Shown piece after piece: positions 35,801 through 45,900 of a stretch of DNA of 57,259 bases. The notes beneath the pieces were generated by a model. That model had not been told where the DNA came from and ran no database searches. It saw nothing but the letters and a program-made list of their open reading frames with translations. Both the position numbers and the translations under genes were made by a program. Source of the stretch: a virus (lineage: Duplodnaviria; Caudoviricetes); IMG/VR virus record IMGVR_UViG_3300022074_000044, positions 1 through 57,259 of that record; one strand, written 5' to 3'. Every line of letters begins with the position of its first letter. Position 1 is the stretch's first letter.

Positions 35801-38800
35801 TCCTTTTTCGATAGATGATGCAATTCTCTTACCTTGTTGTGAAATTCCAGCTCTAGCATAGTTGTGATCCACAGTTGAAATACCAACATTAACAACATAT
35901 GTCTTACTGTCAATAATCTTATCAACAAATGTACCACCAGCGGCAAAATCTTGACCACTGAGTGAGTTGTTTCTAAGTCTAGGTGCAAGTATAACACCTT
36001 GAATCTTACCACCAGAGTTATAGAAACTAGGTGTGGTAGATGGGCCTACCTGAGTTTCAATCTGAGTATTATTGATAACTCTAGTAATCAGTGAACCATT
36101 GTAATAAGGATCTCCGCCTTTTGGATAGAATTGTTTTGTGGCATAGTTGTCTTGTGAACAGGAGAACAATATTCCTTCAGTTTTCAACTTGACATTTCTA
36201 CCTACTCCAGCAGCAGTTGTAATACCATGAACTGATGGTAAGAACATAGTCATGATACCAATAGACTCATGGTAATCTGCATGGTTAATATTGTATTCTA
36301 CTCTGGTAGAAACTCCGACGTTAACAACTACATTATTAGATGTTACTGATATTGGGTATAATGAAGTATTGTGTGCAGGGTCTGTGGTTCTAGGATATGC
36401 GTGTTCAGTAGCGTTCTGATCCATGTCACATGTGTACACGAATCCATTTGTTGCCAATCCAATAGCTGTTGTAGTTGACAATCCATGAGATGAATCAGTC
36501 GTCATAGTCACTAATCCACTGTTAGGATCATATGTGGCATTAGTTACATTGAACTTGATTCTTGATGTGATACCTACGTTAATTGTGAATGTATCTATAG
36601 TTGAAGTTACAATGCCGACCTCTACATTGTGTATAGGATCAGTGATTCTAGGATATGTGTGATCTGTTGCATAGTTGTCCTGAGAACATCTCCATGTATA
36701 GGAGTCTGTTGCAAGACCTATTGTGTCTCTAGCAACTAACATTGAATCTAGGTCTGCGTTCTCGAATGTGTGTATGTAATTACCGCCACTGATAACAGAG
36801 TTGGCATTTGCAGAAACAAAGATGTGTGCTGATTGGTTAGATGACTTACCTACGTCCAGAGTAATTGTGGTATCTGTAGTAGAAGTAATCTTAACAGCAG
36901 TATTGTAAGCAGGATCTGGGCCAGATATGCCAGATTTCCTTGGGTAATAGTGGAATGACGCATGATTATCTAAAGCACAAGTAAATTTGAATCCATTTGT
37001 TTTAAGTTTTACGGAGGTTCCTTTTTGTAGTGTATGTGATCCAATGTCTACAGTCATCAATCCAGTGAAAGGATCATATGATCCACTTGTGGGACTATGG
37101 TAGACAAGGGGTGAGGTTCCTACGTTTACAGAGAACTTATCAAGGTCAACAGTTGTGACTGATAACCATTGTTGATCTGATGGATCTTTTCTTCTTGGAT
37201 AACTCTTGATAGTTTTCCTTTGATCCATTTGGCATCTGAATCTAATGGAATCTCTCTTGAATGTAACTCTGTTACCAGTTGTCAATCCGTGATTAGCAGA
37301 AGTAACTGTCATGATACCACTACCAGCATCATAAGTTGCAAACGTAACTATCTTATCATCTAATGCACCATTGAAACCATGAACATTAGAGAACACAGTC
37401 ATAATACCTGTGCTTGCAGTGTAGGCTGCAGTAGTAATTGCAGAGTTTACAATCGTTGATACACCAACATTGATTGTAATTGTAGTTGCTGAAGTAGATC
37501 CAATACCAACAGAAACATTACCACCTATAGGATCATCAGGACGAGGATATGCGTGTTCTGTTGCAAAATTATCTCTAGCACATGTGAAGTTGATAGATGC
37601 AGTATTGATACCAACAGTGTCTCTAGCCTTCTTAAGACCACCAGTAGTTGCACTTTGGAACCAATGTGTATTTACAATAGTGGATACACCAACAAATACA
37701 GAGAAGGTATTAACACCAACATTATAAATTGGCAACCACTCATTCAAGTATGGATCAGAATATCTTGGATATGCCTTGTCGGCAGTGTATCCATCTTTAT
37801 CACATTTGAATGTAATTGATTCTAAATCAAACTTGACGTACTCACCAGAAACAAAACCATGATTTGCAATAGTTGGTTCTAGTACACCAGTACTAGCATT
37901 ATAAGTTGCCGTCGAAATTGTATGAGCTGACTCATTGATGTATGAGTGTCCAGCACCAACATTAAGCACAAGTTCACCTGTACCAGCATTGTATGTGGAT
38001 GTTGATATGGAACGTTCTTCAATTGTAGATACACCAACCCTTACTTCAAAGGTGTTTGTTGTTGCAGAAACGATTCCAAGATTAGTATTGTATGCTGGGT
38101 CTGTATTACGAGGATAGGCATGTTCAGTTGCATAGTTATCCTTAGCACACTTGAATGTCAATGCACCCTCTGCTATTTGTATCTGTGTTGATGGTCTCTC
38201 TACACCATTTGTATTTGCAGAAACAAAAACATAAGGAGTATAATCTCCACCACCAGTAATAACTGCATCGGTTCCAATACCAGATAAACTATATGGATAA
38301 TCACCACCAGAGATAACTGCCTCAACAGCAACACCCTGATTAGGAACAAATTGGTATATGTTTGCTCCACCAGTAGATCCCACATCAACTGTAAAGGTTG
38401 TACCAGCAGAACCCACAATCTCTACTGGTTTATCGTAGTATGGGTCACTTGTTCTTGGATAGAAGTGATTAGTTTGATATCCATCCTGTTCACATTTGAA
38501 TACAATAGATCCAGGCTTGAACTTAATAGATTCTCCAACTTGGAAATTATGCAACCTTTCAACAGAAACGGTCATAATACCTGACGCTGGAGTGTAATCA
38601 GCGAATCTTATGTTATACTTAACAATAGTTGAGATACCAGCGTTGACTGTAATAGTCGTCCCAGCTACACCTGTGATTGGAACGGCAGTATTGTAAGTTG
38701 GATCTTTTGTTCTTGGATAATATTTTGTTACAGTATTTTGGTCAGCAGTACATGTAAATCCTAATGAATTAGGTCTAAACTTGATACTTTGTCCAGTCAT

Positions 38801-41800
38801 CAAATCATGAGTTCCAATACTCATAGTCATAACACCCACAGAAGGTGTGTAGTCCGCTCCAGATACTGTGTAATCCACTCTAGTGGTAATACCAGCAAAG
38901 ACCTCAAAAGTGTCTGTTGTCTTGTTTGAGATGGGTATCCAACTATCACTGATTGGATCTGTAGATCTTGGATAGTATTTGGTTGATGTAAATGCGTCTA
39001 ATGAACACTTCCAACCAATAGAACCATCTGCAATTTTAACCTGATCGCCATTTGAGAAACCATGACTAGGAATAGTCACAGTCATAATACCCACAATTGG
39101 GTTGTAATTTGCAGTTGTGATTGAATGTTGACTAGGCCCAGATAAACCATGATTCGCAATAGTCAAAACTAGTGAACCAGTGCTAGGAGTATAGTCAGCA
39201 TTTGTTGGAGTGGTTGTTCCACCACCAACTACAGTAATACCATTGGGAGTTGTTTTTGCAGGGACAAAGGTGTGTGCATAATCACCACCAACCTTGATTG
39301 TTTTCTCTTTAGAACTTACATAAGTGTGTGCATAGTCTCCACCAGAGAATGTTGATGTTGCAGTTGCACTGTAGAAAGCATGTAAGAAAGGTCCTCCAGT
39401 TAGTAAAGCACCTTCGGTTGCACGAACAAAAGTATGGTCATAATCACCACCATATATCAACGCACCGTTGATTGCCTCTTCAAATCTATGAACATATTGA
39501 TTCTTAACACGAGATATACCAACATCTATTGCAAGTGCAGTGCCAGCATAACCTGTGATAGGAAGTGAAGTATCATATGCAGTTGACCTACTTCTTGGAT
39601 AGTAATGATCTCTTGCACCATTGTCTATAGCACAGGTAAATGCAAGACCAGATAGTATCACATCTTTACCTACCTTGTACCCATGAGGTGCGGCAGTGGT
39701 TACAGTTAGAACTCCAGTTATGTTATCATATAATGCACTAGAAACTCCTAGTGCAGGGTCATAGTCGCAAGTAAAGGCAATACCAGAAAGTATTACACAA
39801 TCATCTTCTGTCAGATTGTGATTCTTTCTTGTAGTGATGGTTGCAATACCAGATGTTTCATCATACTCAACATGACCAACTTGAACGGAAGGAGCACTTG
39901 TGAATGTAACTGCAACACCAGTAACATTAACAAAGTCATCAGTTTCTAAACCATGACCATCAAAAGGTATGAACGAACCAACTCCAGCAGCTGCAGTGTG
40001 TATACCTGTTGTGGTCATTGCAGCACCAATATTCACACTAAAGTTAAATGCACTTATGATTCCTGTAACACCAAAATATCTTTGTGAATCTGATGGGAAT
40101 GTAATATCACCAATGCCTGTTTGGAATTGGATACCAGATAATTTAACAACATTTGCAGTTGTCAATCCATGAGCAGTGTTACAACTGATTGTTGCAATAC
40201 CAGAGAATGACTCATAAATTACTTCTCCAATGTCAATTGATGCACCAGTTGTTTGACCTATTGCAGTAACAGTGGTGATTCCCTCAGAAGGAGTGTCACT
40301 GAGGTATTGGATAGTTCTAGGTGCAAAGAAACCAGTTCCACCTTCTACAATACTAAAGTCTGTTATGATACCAGCTTCTGCTCTGTTTACTACACCACCA
40401 GTAACATACTGATGAGCAAATGTGGAGATACCAACAAACGTTCTGAATGTATTTGCAGTGTGACCACTTAATACATCAAAACCAGTTACGTTTCTACCTT
40501 CTAAGATTGCAGTGTCAACGCCTGCTTGCACCAATCCCCCGCTAACATAGGTTAATGGTTGCGTACTAACACCACAATCTATTAATACGTTAAGATTATC
40601 AATGACATCTACAATTGGATATGCGTCTTCTCTGAAAGTAAATGTAGATATTCCTTCGGTAACTTGAACCTGTTTTATAAGTAAATTTCTACTTCTATTT
40701 CTTCCTGTTCCAATATAATGACCACCTGTTACACCAATAGTTGTAATACCAGTGATATAGTCGTATCCAAAGGTATTGATATTCCTTAATGCTGATACTG
40801 GGGTGAATGTGAATCCAGCACCTGTGACTCTTACCCTATCACCTTCTACAAATCCATGAGAGTTGGCTGTAAAAGTACAGATACCAGCAATGTGGTTGTA
40901 ATCTGCTGTAGAAATTGCAACTGCACTACCAGCTGATGTTCCTAAAACTGCACCGATACTTGCACCATATCCCTGAGAAGATCTTACAGTAATTTCTGGT
41001 AACTCTCTATATCCTTGTCCCTTTCCTGTTAATTGAATAGTCTCAAGACTACCAGTTGATCCTACACCTACTCTTGCAGAAGCTTTAATTGGTAAGTAGT
41101 ATCCAGCACCTGTTTGTAGACCCACTTTATTGATTCTACCAGCTCTAGGAACTCCACTTAAAAAGTTAATCTTATTATCATCTGCATCAATTACTTCAAA
41201 ATCTAAGCCAGGAGTTTGAACAACATTATTGATTAATATGAATGGATTATTATTGATGTCTACGCCTGTGTTGACACTATTGTAAAGAGCAGTAACTACA
41301 CCTAAGTTTTCTGTTAGTGTAAATTGTGTGCCTGCAATACCTGTAAATTCTAAGGATATATCATCAAGAATTACGTTTTTATCTTTCTCATCAAATGGAT
41401 CTAATTTTCTAGAGAATAATCTACCAGAGAAAGAAGAACTTGTTTTTAATCCAGCAGGTCCTGCATTACCATAAGGTGCATCTGTAAAGAATATATTATC
41501 GTCTACAATATTGTAATCACCAGAAAATATTGAAGAAAGTCCAGTGCCATGACTTGTAGCAATACTACCAAAAGCACCTCTCTCCACAACAACCTGTGAA
41601 CTAGTGGTTGTACTGAATACTGGGTAATACCCAACACCAGAGTTAAAGATAATAACCTGAGATATTGTGCCGACACCACTGATTATAGGGTAAAACACAC
41701 CTTCTGTTTGAGGTGTTGCTGTACCTTCAATAGTAATCTTTGGGGGGTCTGTTTTAGCATACCCTGACCCACCGTCTAAAACTTCAATTTGGCTAACACC

Positions 41801-41863
41801 ATACGATGAATTAAAAGACGGTCTGAATAGAGCTCCTTCTCCTGGCGTTTCTCTAGTAGACAT
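32870..41863 (-). CDS. Giant virion structural protein (2997 aa), probably the C-terminal part of a split gp7-like protein; 12 YPR-type repeats and a beta-propeller-like region
   Basis: Position directly before gp8; DDIS..F.G modules shared with the gp7 gene; FxC..D....YP[RK]..DP repeats; AVG..G.I..S.DG..W blade-like repeats; ends ...GKYSWGK...RTKPLT. Confidence 0.75.
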   Translation of the reverse strand: MSTRETPGEGALFRPSFNSSYGVSQIEVLDGGSGYAKTDPPKITIEGTATPQTEGVFYPIISGVGTISQVIIFNSGVGYYPVFSTTTSSQVVVERGAFGSIATSHGTGLSSIFSGDYNIVDDNIFFTDAPYGNAGPAGLKTSSSFSGRLFSRKLDPFDEKDKNVILDDISLEFTGIAGTQFTLTENLGVVTALYNSVNTGVDINNNPFILINNVVQTPGLDFEVIDADDNKINFLSGVPRAGRINKVGLQTGAGYYLPIKASARVGVGSTGSLETIQLTGKGQGYRELPEITVRSSQGYGASIGAVLGTSAGSAVAISTADYNHIAGICTFTANSHGFVEGDRVRVTGAGFTFTPVSALRNINTFGYDYITGITTIGVTGGHYIGTGRNRSRNLLIKQVQVTEGISTFTFREDAYPIVDVIDNLNVLIDCGVSTQPLTYVSGGLVQAGVDTAILEGRNVTGFDVLSGHTANTFRTFVGISTFAHQYVTGGVVNRAEAGIITDFSIVEGGTGFFAPRTIQYLSDTPSEGITTVTAIGQTTGASIDIGEVIYESFSGIATISCNTAHGLTTANVVKLSGIQFQTGIGDITFPSDSQRYFGVTGIISAFNFSVNIGAAMTTTGIHTAAAGVGSFIPFDGHGLETDDFVNVTGVAVTFTSAPSVQVGHVEYDETSGIATITTRKNHNLTEDDCVILSGIAFTCDYDPALGVSSALYDNITGVLTVTTAAPHGYKVGKDVILSGLAFTCAIDNGARDHYYPRSRSTAYDTSLPITGYAGTALAIDVGISRVKNQYVHRFEEAINGALIYGGDYDHTFVRATEGALLTGGPFLHAFYSATATSTFSGGDYAHTYVSSKEKTIKVGGDYAHTFVPAKTTPNGITVVGGGTTTPTNADYTPSTGSLVLTIANHGLSGPSQHSITTANYNPIVGIMTVTIPSHGFSNGDQVKIADGSIGWKCSLDAFTSTKYYPRSTDPISDSWIPISNKTTDTFEVFAGITTRVDYTVSGADYTPSVGVMTMSIGTHDLMTGQSIKFRPNSLGFTCTADQNTVTKYYPRTKDPTYNTAVPITGVAGTTITVNAGISTIVKYNIRFADYTPASGIMTVSVERLHNFQVGESIKFKPGSIVFKCEQDGYQTNHFYPRTSDPYYDKPVEIVGSAGTTFTVDVGSTGGANIYQFVPNQGVAVEAVISGGDYPYSLSGIGTDAVITGGGDYTPYVFVSANTNGVERPSTQIQIAEGALTFKCAKDNYATEHAYPRNTDPAYNTNLGIVSATTNTFEVRVGVSTIEERSISTSTYNAGTGELVLNVGAGHSYINESAHTISTATYNASTGVLEPTIANHGFVSGEYVKFDLESITFKCDKDGYTADKAYPRYSDPYLNEWLPIYNVGVNTFSVFVGVSTIVNTHWFQSATTGGLKKARDTVGINTASINFTCARDNFATEHAYPRPDDPIGGNVSVGIGSTSATTITINVGVSTIVNSAITTAAYTASTGIMTVFSNVHGFNGALDDKIVTFATYDAGSGIMTVTSANHGLTTGNRVTFKRDSIRFRCQMDQRKTIKSYPRRKDPSDQQWLSVTTVDLDKFSVNVGTSPLVYHSPTSGSYDPFTGLMTVDIGSHTLQKGTSVKLKTNGFKFTCALDNHASFHYYPRKSGISGPDPAYNTAVKITSTTDTTITLDVGKSSNQSAHIFVSANANSVISGGNYIHTFENADLDSMLVARDTIGLATDSYTWRCSQDNYATDHTYPRITDPIHNVEVGIVTSTIDTFTINVGITSRIKFNVTNATYDPNSGLVTMTTDSSHGLSTTTAIGLATNGFVYTCDMDQNATEHAYPRTTDPAHNTSLYPISVTSNNVVVNVGVSTRVEYNINHADYHESIGIMTMFLPSVHGITTAAGVGRNVKLKTEGILFSCSQDNYATKQFYPKGGDPYYNGSLITRVINNTQIETQVGPSTTPSFYNSGGKIQGVILAPRLRNNSLSGQDFAAGGTFVDKIIDSKTYVVNVGISTVDHNYARAGISQQGKRIASSIEKGFSGFDVIEKLDAARFRINAGVTTEKALFKRGGRLDKPVYLDIAAPNPYFNTGLEYVSGSTGLGTDAVVDFRINVDGNISEFNLTEEGIAYKVDDVLTVSGIATDPRVGVNTEFTLKVQELENDKFSGFYPGQFILFDDIAPFFNDIRKKFTLSVTTSGVTEILSLKTLPGSDMDISNNIFIYINDILQTPISSYTFKGSRVIFTEAPKANSKCSVFYFRGSKRDVETVEPVASVKPGDIVRINENRLDPLDTDQFDRTTKRIVASDVLETFSYNSIGVNTAQDAERPLSWEKQRKDQVLSGVLIPKSRPALKSRVLPTTRIIKNVGQLDDSFYVNNAFPVFNAIDKLIQSERNIQIFEDLTIQPGIITSLVSTSSSISSLTISDGGTGYANLTNPTVAISSALIGRKDPISAWEFDAITGITSAVEFRAITKEDPYVAVGASSFYINTKSGTFWERGRIGFGGTITFNGVGVGNSGTSDVHIMAVGDFGSMARAVSIGNSISTWTAIDLLEQRQIPAIGQVQTLDSTYEGNFQDTIWEGTRNTWVSVGAGGSIFTAVGLTTAAAFSQYSGTFQQLNAVCYGQSEFIAVGNGGVILASTDGTGWGDKTSNTNFDLNDIIYDGNRFIVVGDSGTIGISTNKNFWQPWSQQLPAGTQHPATFDFAKIKFFDNLYIGISTVGQLYYSFDLANWNLRTISHPNQIRDLVDTPYGDFSSRRVITVGSGTTTFYADPVINRATATASVTAGVITSVSITDGGFGYEVGSNPPVIVEADRTKKEDIFSVNAVGDFGDIVGINTWLPGTAGVLPRLAFTLKSQYNDNSNLGYGYSSLNALGVEYTGLQKGDFFTIYDSSLVVGHALTGITTSSGSNQPVGMVTSGDYLGGVFRVEEVTVGDAISGLATVTCAFLPGPTPYGNNTIQVGLGVTSNMDTFWGKYSWGKFFGYQNRGAGNPTNFLVNTMNGNVGLSTAAVVSRTKPLT

Positions 41864-41870
41864 TTATTCC

Positions 41871-42893
41871 TTAAATGATGTTAATAGAACTACTGCAATA
41901 GACTCTGGTAACTCCAGTGCTATCACGGACGATACTAAACGTGAGTATATCGTCATTTGCAGTGGAAGGCGGAGGATTACCACCGACCCATTTTACTCCA
42001 GTTGCAATAGGAGAACCGTTTACTGTACATGAATCACCATAAGTATATCCGATTCCAGCATTGTTGATGATAGTTACTGTGGTTGCCTTACTGTTTTGAC
42101 CACTGACATTTGTAAATGCCCATGAAGTAACTGATGTAGATAGTCCACCCAACACAACAGATCCCTGCGAAACGTCAACTGTGAATGTACCACCAGCACT
42201 TACACTAAACGTATCACTAAAGTTTCCTAAGACCTTCTCTGTAATGTCGGAGTTGAAGTTTACCTGATCCATCAGGGTACTTGCACCACTGACTAAAATA
42301 TCACCCTGTACATCTAATCGACATGTAGGAGCGGTAGAACCAATACCAGTATATGCCTCATTAGTAACAACGAATGACTTAGAATCAGTTACTGCTGCAT
42401 CGGATACTCGTAATCCTTGTCCATTACCTTTAGCAACTGCCCAAATAGTTGGTCTTTCATTCGAGAATGATGCAACTTCTAGTTGTGAAGTAGGTAACGA
42501 TGTTCCAATGCCGACCATACCGTCTGCTTTGATTCTGAACATTGTTGTTGCAGTTCCAACCTCAATAGGGCCATCTGCAATCGCACCAGGCTGTTGAATT
42601 GTAATCTTACCAACATCTGCATAACTTGTTGTAACAACACCAGATGTATTGATATCAATGTTATCTGTAACACTGGATGCAAGACCAGCAAGAACAGAGG
42701 TTGATGCAATACCACAGTTAGTGGAATACCCAGCAGTGCTAGCAAAAGAAACAAAACTTACAAGGTTAGTACCATCTCCGAAAATATCATATATCTCGTT
42801 AAAGTTATTATTAATCTTAATAGTCCCTGCCAATAGGGTATCGCCCGTCCCATCATTAGGAGCCGAACCTGTACTAATCCCTTGTTTAGACAT
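41871..42893 (-). CDS. gp9/gp10-like N-terminal domain protein (short fibre or baseplate appendage)
   Basis: ISTGSAPNDGTGDTL...KINNNFNEIY is the T4 gp9/gp10 N-terminal motif; fibre repeats G.VGIGT..P...L.V follow. Confidence 0.75.
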   Translation of the reverse strand: MSKQGISTGSAPNDGTGDTLLAGTIKINNNFNEIYDIFGDGTNLVSFVSFASTAGYSTNCGIASTSVLAGLASSVTDNIDINTSGVVTTSYADVGKITIQQPGAIADGPIEVGTATTMFRIKADGMVGIGTSLPTSQLEVASFSNERPTIWAVAKGNGQGLRVSDAAVTDSKSFVVTNEAYTGIGSTAPTCRLDVQGDILVSGASTLMDQVNFNSDITEKVLGNFSDTFSVSAGGTFTVDVSQGSVVLGGLSTSVTSWAFTNVSGQNSKATTVTIINNAGIGYTYGDSCTVNGSPIATGVKWVGGNPPPSTANDDILTFSIVRDSTGVTRVYCSSSINII

Positions 42894-42914
42894 TACTTAA
42901 AAACGTTTTTTCTT

Positions 42915-42922
42915 TATTTATA
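42915..42922 (-). promoter_or_regulatory. T4-type late promoter TATAAATA
   Basis: Exact consensus immediately after the upstream stop. Confidence 0.8.
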
Positions 42923-42923
42923 G

Positions 42924-45900
42924 TTAATATGGAGGGTTATCATCCATAGTGACACTTGTATCGTCAATTCTAATAACAGAAGAGTTAGCTCTGTTGGTAT
43001 CATAGTAGAAAGCAGTAGCTACTGTATTTCTAGCAATAGCGGTCTTTGCCTGTGCAAATGTAGTGTCACCAATTTGTTTTACCTTCAGTAATTCATCATC
43101 TAATTTAATAATATCACCTTTGGTTATAGAACCTAAACCAACTGAGACATTCACCCCTTGGTCTGATTCACTAACTGAGTCAGCTATAACCACATTTAAC
43201 TTCTTGTTCTTAATAGGAGTTTGAATAATATTGTCAATCAAAATCAAAGCCTGTTTATTTGGATCTTGAACTTTAAGAACATGAGTTCCAGTTCCCAAAC
43301 TAGTAAATGTAAATGGAAGTGAAGTTGAGAATCCAGATATTCTGAATTTAACATCATCTAATTTTTGAACGAACAATTCATCAGGCATAACACTTGTTCC
43401 ACACTCCACAGGAGTTAATTCAATATTGTTGCCTGGGGTAGCACCACCGATGTATGTGCCTGCAATGGATATTGTGTTTGTAACAGCATATCCAGTTCCA
43501 CCAGTCACGACTTCAACAGTAGAAATATCTAAGTTAGCATCTCTAGTAACATTGAATGTTGCACCACTACCACCACCATTATTTGTCGATGGAACATTAG
43601 AATATGTACCTTGACTTCCGATTCTTGATCCTGTTGTTTTAGTAACAGGGAATAACAAATCATTAGCTGGTGATGCACCACCAAGGAATGTACCAGCAAT
43701 ACCTACAGTATCACCAACAATGTAACCACCTCCACCAACAGTTAGAGTTATTGCAGTTGATATACATTGACCTGTAGTTGGATCAAAGTCAAACTTAACT
43801 TGGAATCTAGCACCAGTTCCAGTTGTGGTAAAGCCTGGAACACCACCTTCTGCATTTCCAAATCCATATAATCTAAAGATTGAGCCTGGAGGATTCTCTG
43901 TTACAGCAATTCCTGTTACTGGGCCTGGAATTTGTTGGTTATATCCATTTTCAAATAGTGAACTTCCACCCACACCAGCAGTTACAACAGACATAACAAT
44001 GTCCTTATCTCCTGTAGTATGAGATGTAGTTGCAATACCAATCTTAGTACCACCCTGAGTATCTAATTTTACAGCCTGTCCAGTCTGGAAGTTATGATTC
44101 TGAATACTGAGTAAGTTAAGTCCAAGATCAACATTAGCAGTTGCAGCTGCATTGTATGTTTTCTTGAATACAGGTTCACCACCAACTGTAAGTCCGAACT
44201 GTTTACTACCAACCAGTGTTCCTGTTCTATCGTGTGATCCATTGAAACCAGAGGAAATATCATCAAGATTCAAAACCTTGTTGGTCTTGTTCATAATGAA
44301 ACTCTTAATGGGTCTACCTTCTGGGAAGAATATTCTTTGTACAGATCCATCTGGTAATGCGTCATCTTCAGTTACCATGGCAAAGTTATCTCTCTTACCC
44401 ATGTATATCTCATTATCGATATTGAGGATGAGATCAACTTTAGTATCTACTGCCTGAACCTTCATGTTAGTAGACTTAGCGATTCCTACAGTAGCAGTAT
44501 TAGCAATAGGATCACTCTCTATGATGAGATCCGAGAACTCTAAGAAACCTGATGGGTGAACAATAGATCTTACAGGTTCTTTCCATGTGGTATATGGTAA
44601 CTTACTCTTGATTGAATATGAGAACTTCTGGAAGTAGAAGTTGTCGGATAGTCTTTGGCTGAAGTCATTAAGAATACCGACATTCATGTCGTTCTTAGAA
44701 ACTTTGTCTCTAGTAGATCCTAGTGTAGTTCTAACACTAAATCTGTTTACATCTCTTACACGACCATTCAACTTAGATATCTGACCGAATAGATTATCTC
44801 CAGATCTTAGAGTTCCTATTGTATCTCTCAATCTAAGTTGACTGATATTGACATTCCAACCATTCTCAGCAACAAATCCTTCAAACTTAGATGATGTTAC
44901 TTTTTCACCAGATAAGAACTTAGCATCATTGATGATTGTCATATTGAACTTCGCCATATCGTTGAAGTTGACAATAGAACCTAATGTAAAGTCATCATCA
45001 TATGTACCTAATGTGACAGTAGAAATGCCAGGAGCATTTTCCATACTGAACGTGACAGTGGCATTTGAAGTGCTTACACCAGTGACATCATAGAATGAGA
45101 AGTCATAATCGGCAGAGTTAAAGTTACCCTGTCCAGCAAGAATTGAATCTGGTTTAAGTCTGCAATTCTCAACAAATACTTTATCACCTATAGCAAATGG
45201 TAACTTAGTTTCTGTAGATCCAAATCCAGTAGTTACTGGAATATTGAACTGTGCATCCAAAAGAAGTTCAACTGTGACATCTGTACCACTATGAGATACG
45301 GCATCAATGTCATAACCATTGGAGTTATTAGTTGTAATAATACTAAGTGGTTCACTGAACTCAAAAGCATTTTGAATAATATCAACTTTATCTACAGATC
45401 CACCTGATACAGTTGCAGAAATTTGTACACTGTCATTACCACGAACTGCAAGTGTAGGAGCTTGATTGTACCTTGTACCACCGTCTACCACTTGGATCTC
45501 ATCCATTCGTGCAATACCACTTACGTCAACAATGGCAGGGACACTTAGGAATGGTAGAAGTGTAGGATCAGTTGGATAATCAAATCCATCTTTAATCCTT
45601 TCTATAATATCAATCTTACCAATATCAGGAGATGAAACTTTTACAATAGCATCTTGACCCTGTGTGCTTGCAAAACCAATAACTCTAGGTAGGATAGTAT
45701 ATCCCTTGCCTGGGAAATTGATCTTAGTAGAGTTGATAGGCCCTCTTGCATTTGAAGACTGAGTACTATATGTGATTGTACTTACACCAGCTCTTGATAT
45801 AACTTTTTGTGGTTCAAGAGGTTTTTCTATTAGGTTGAAACTGAATGAAGTATCACTAGACTTAATAATCGAGTGATCTGTCTTAAGAACAACATCCTTG

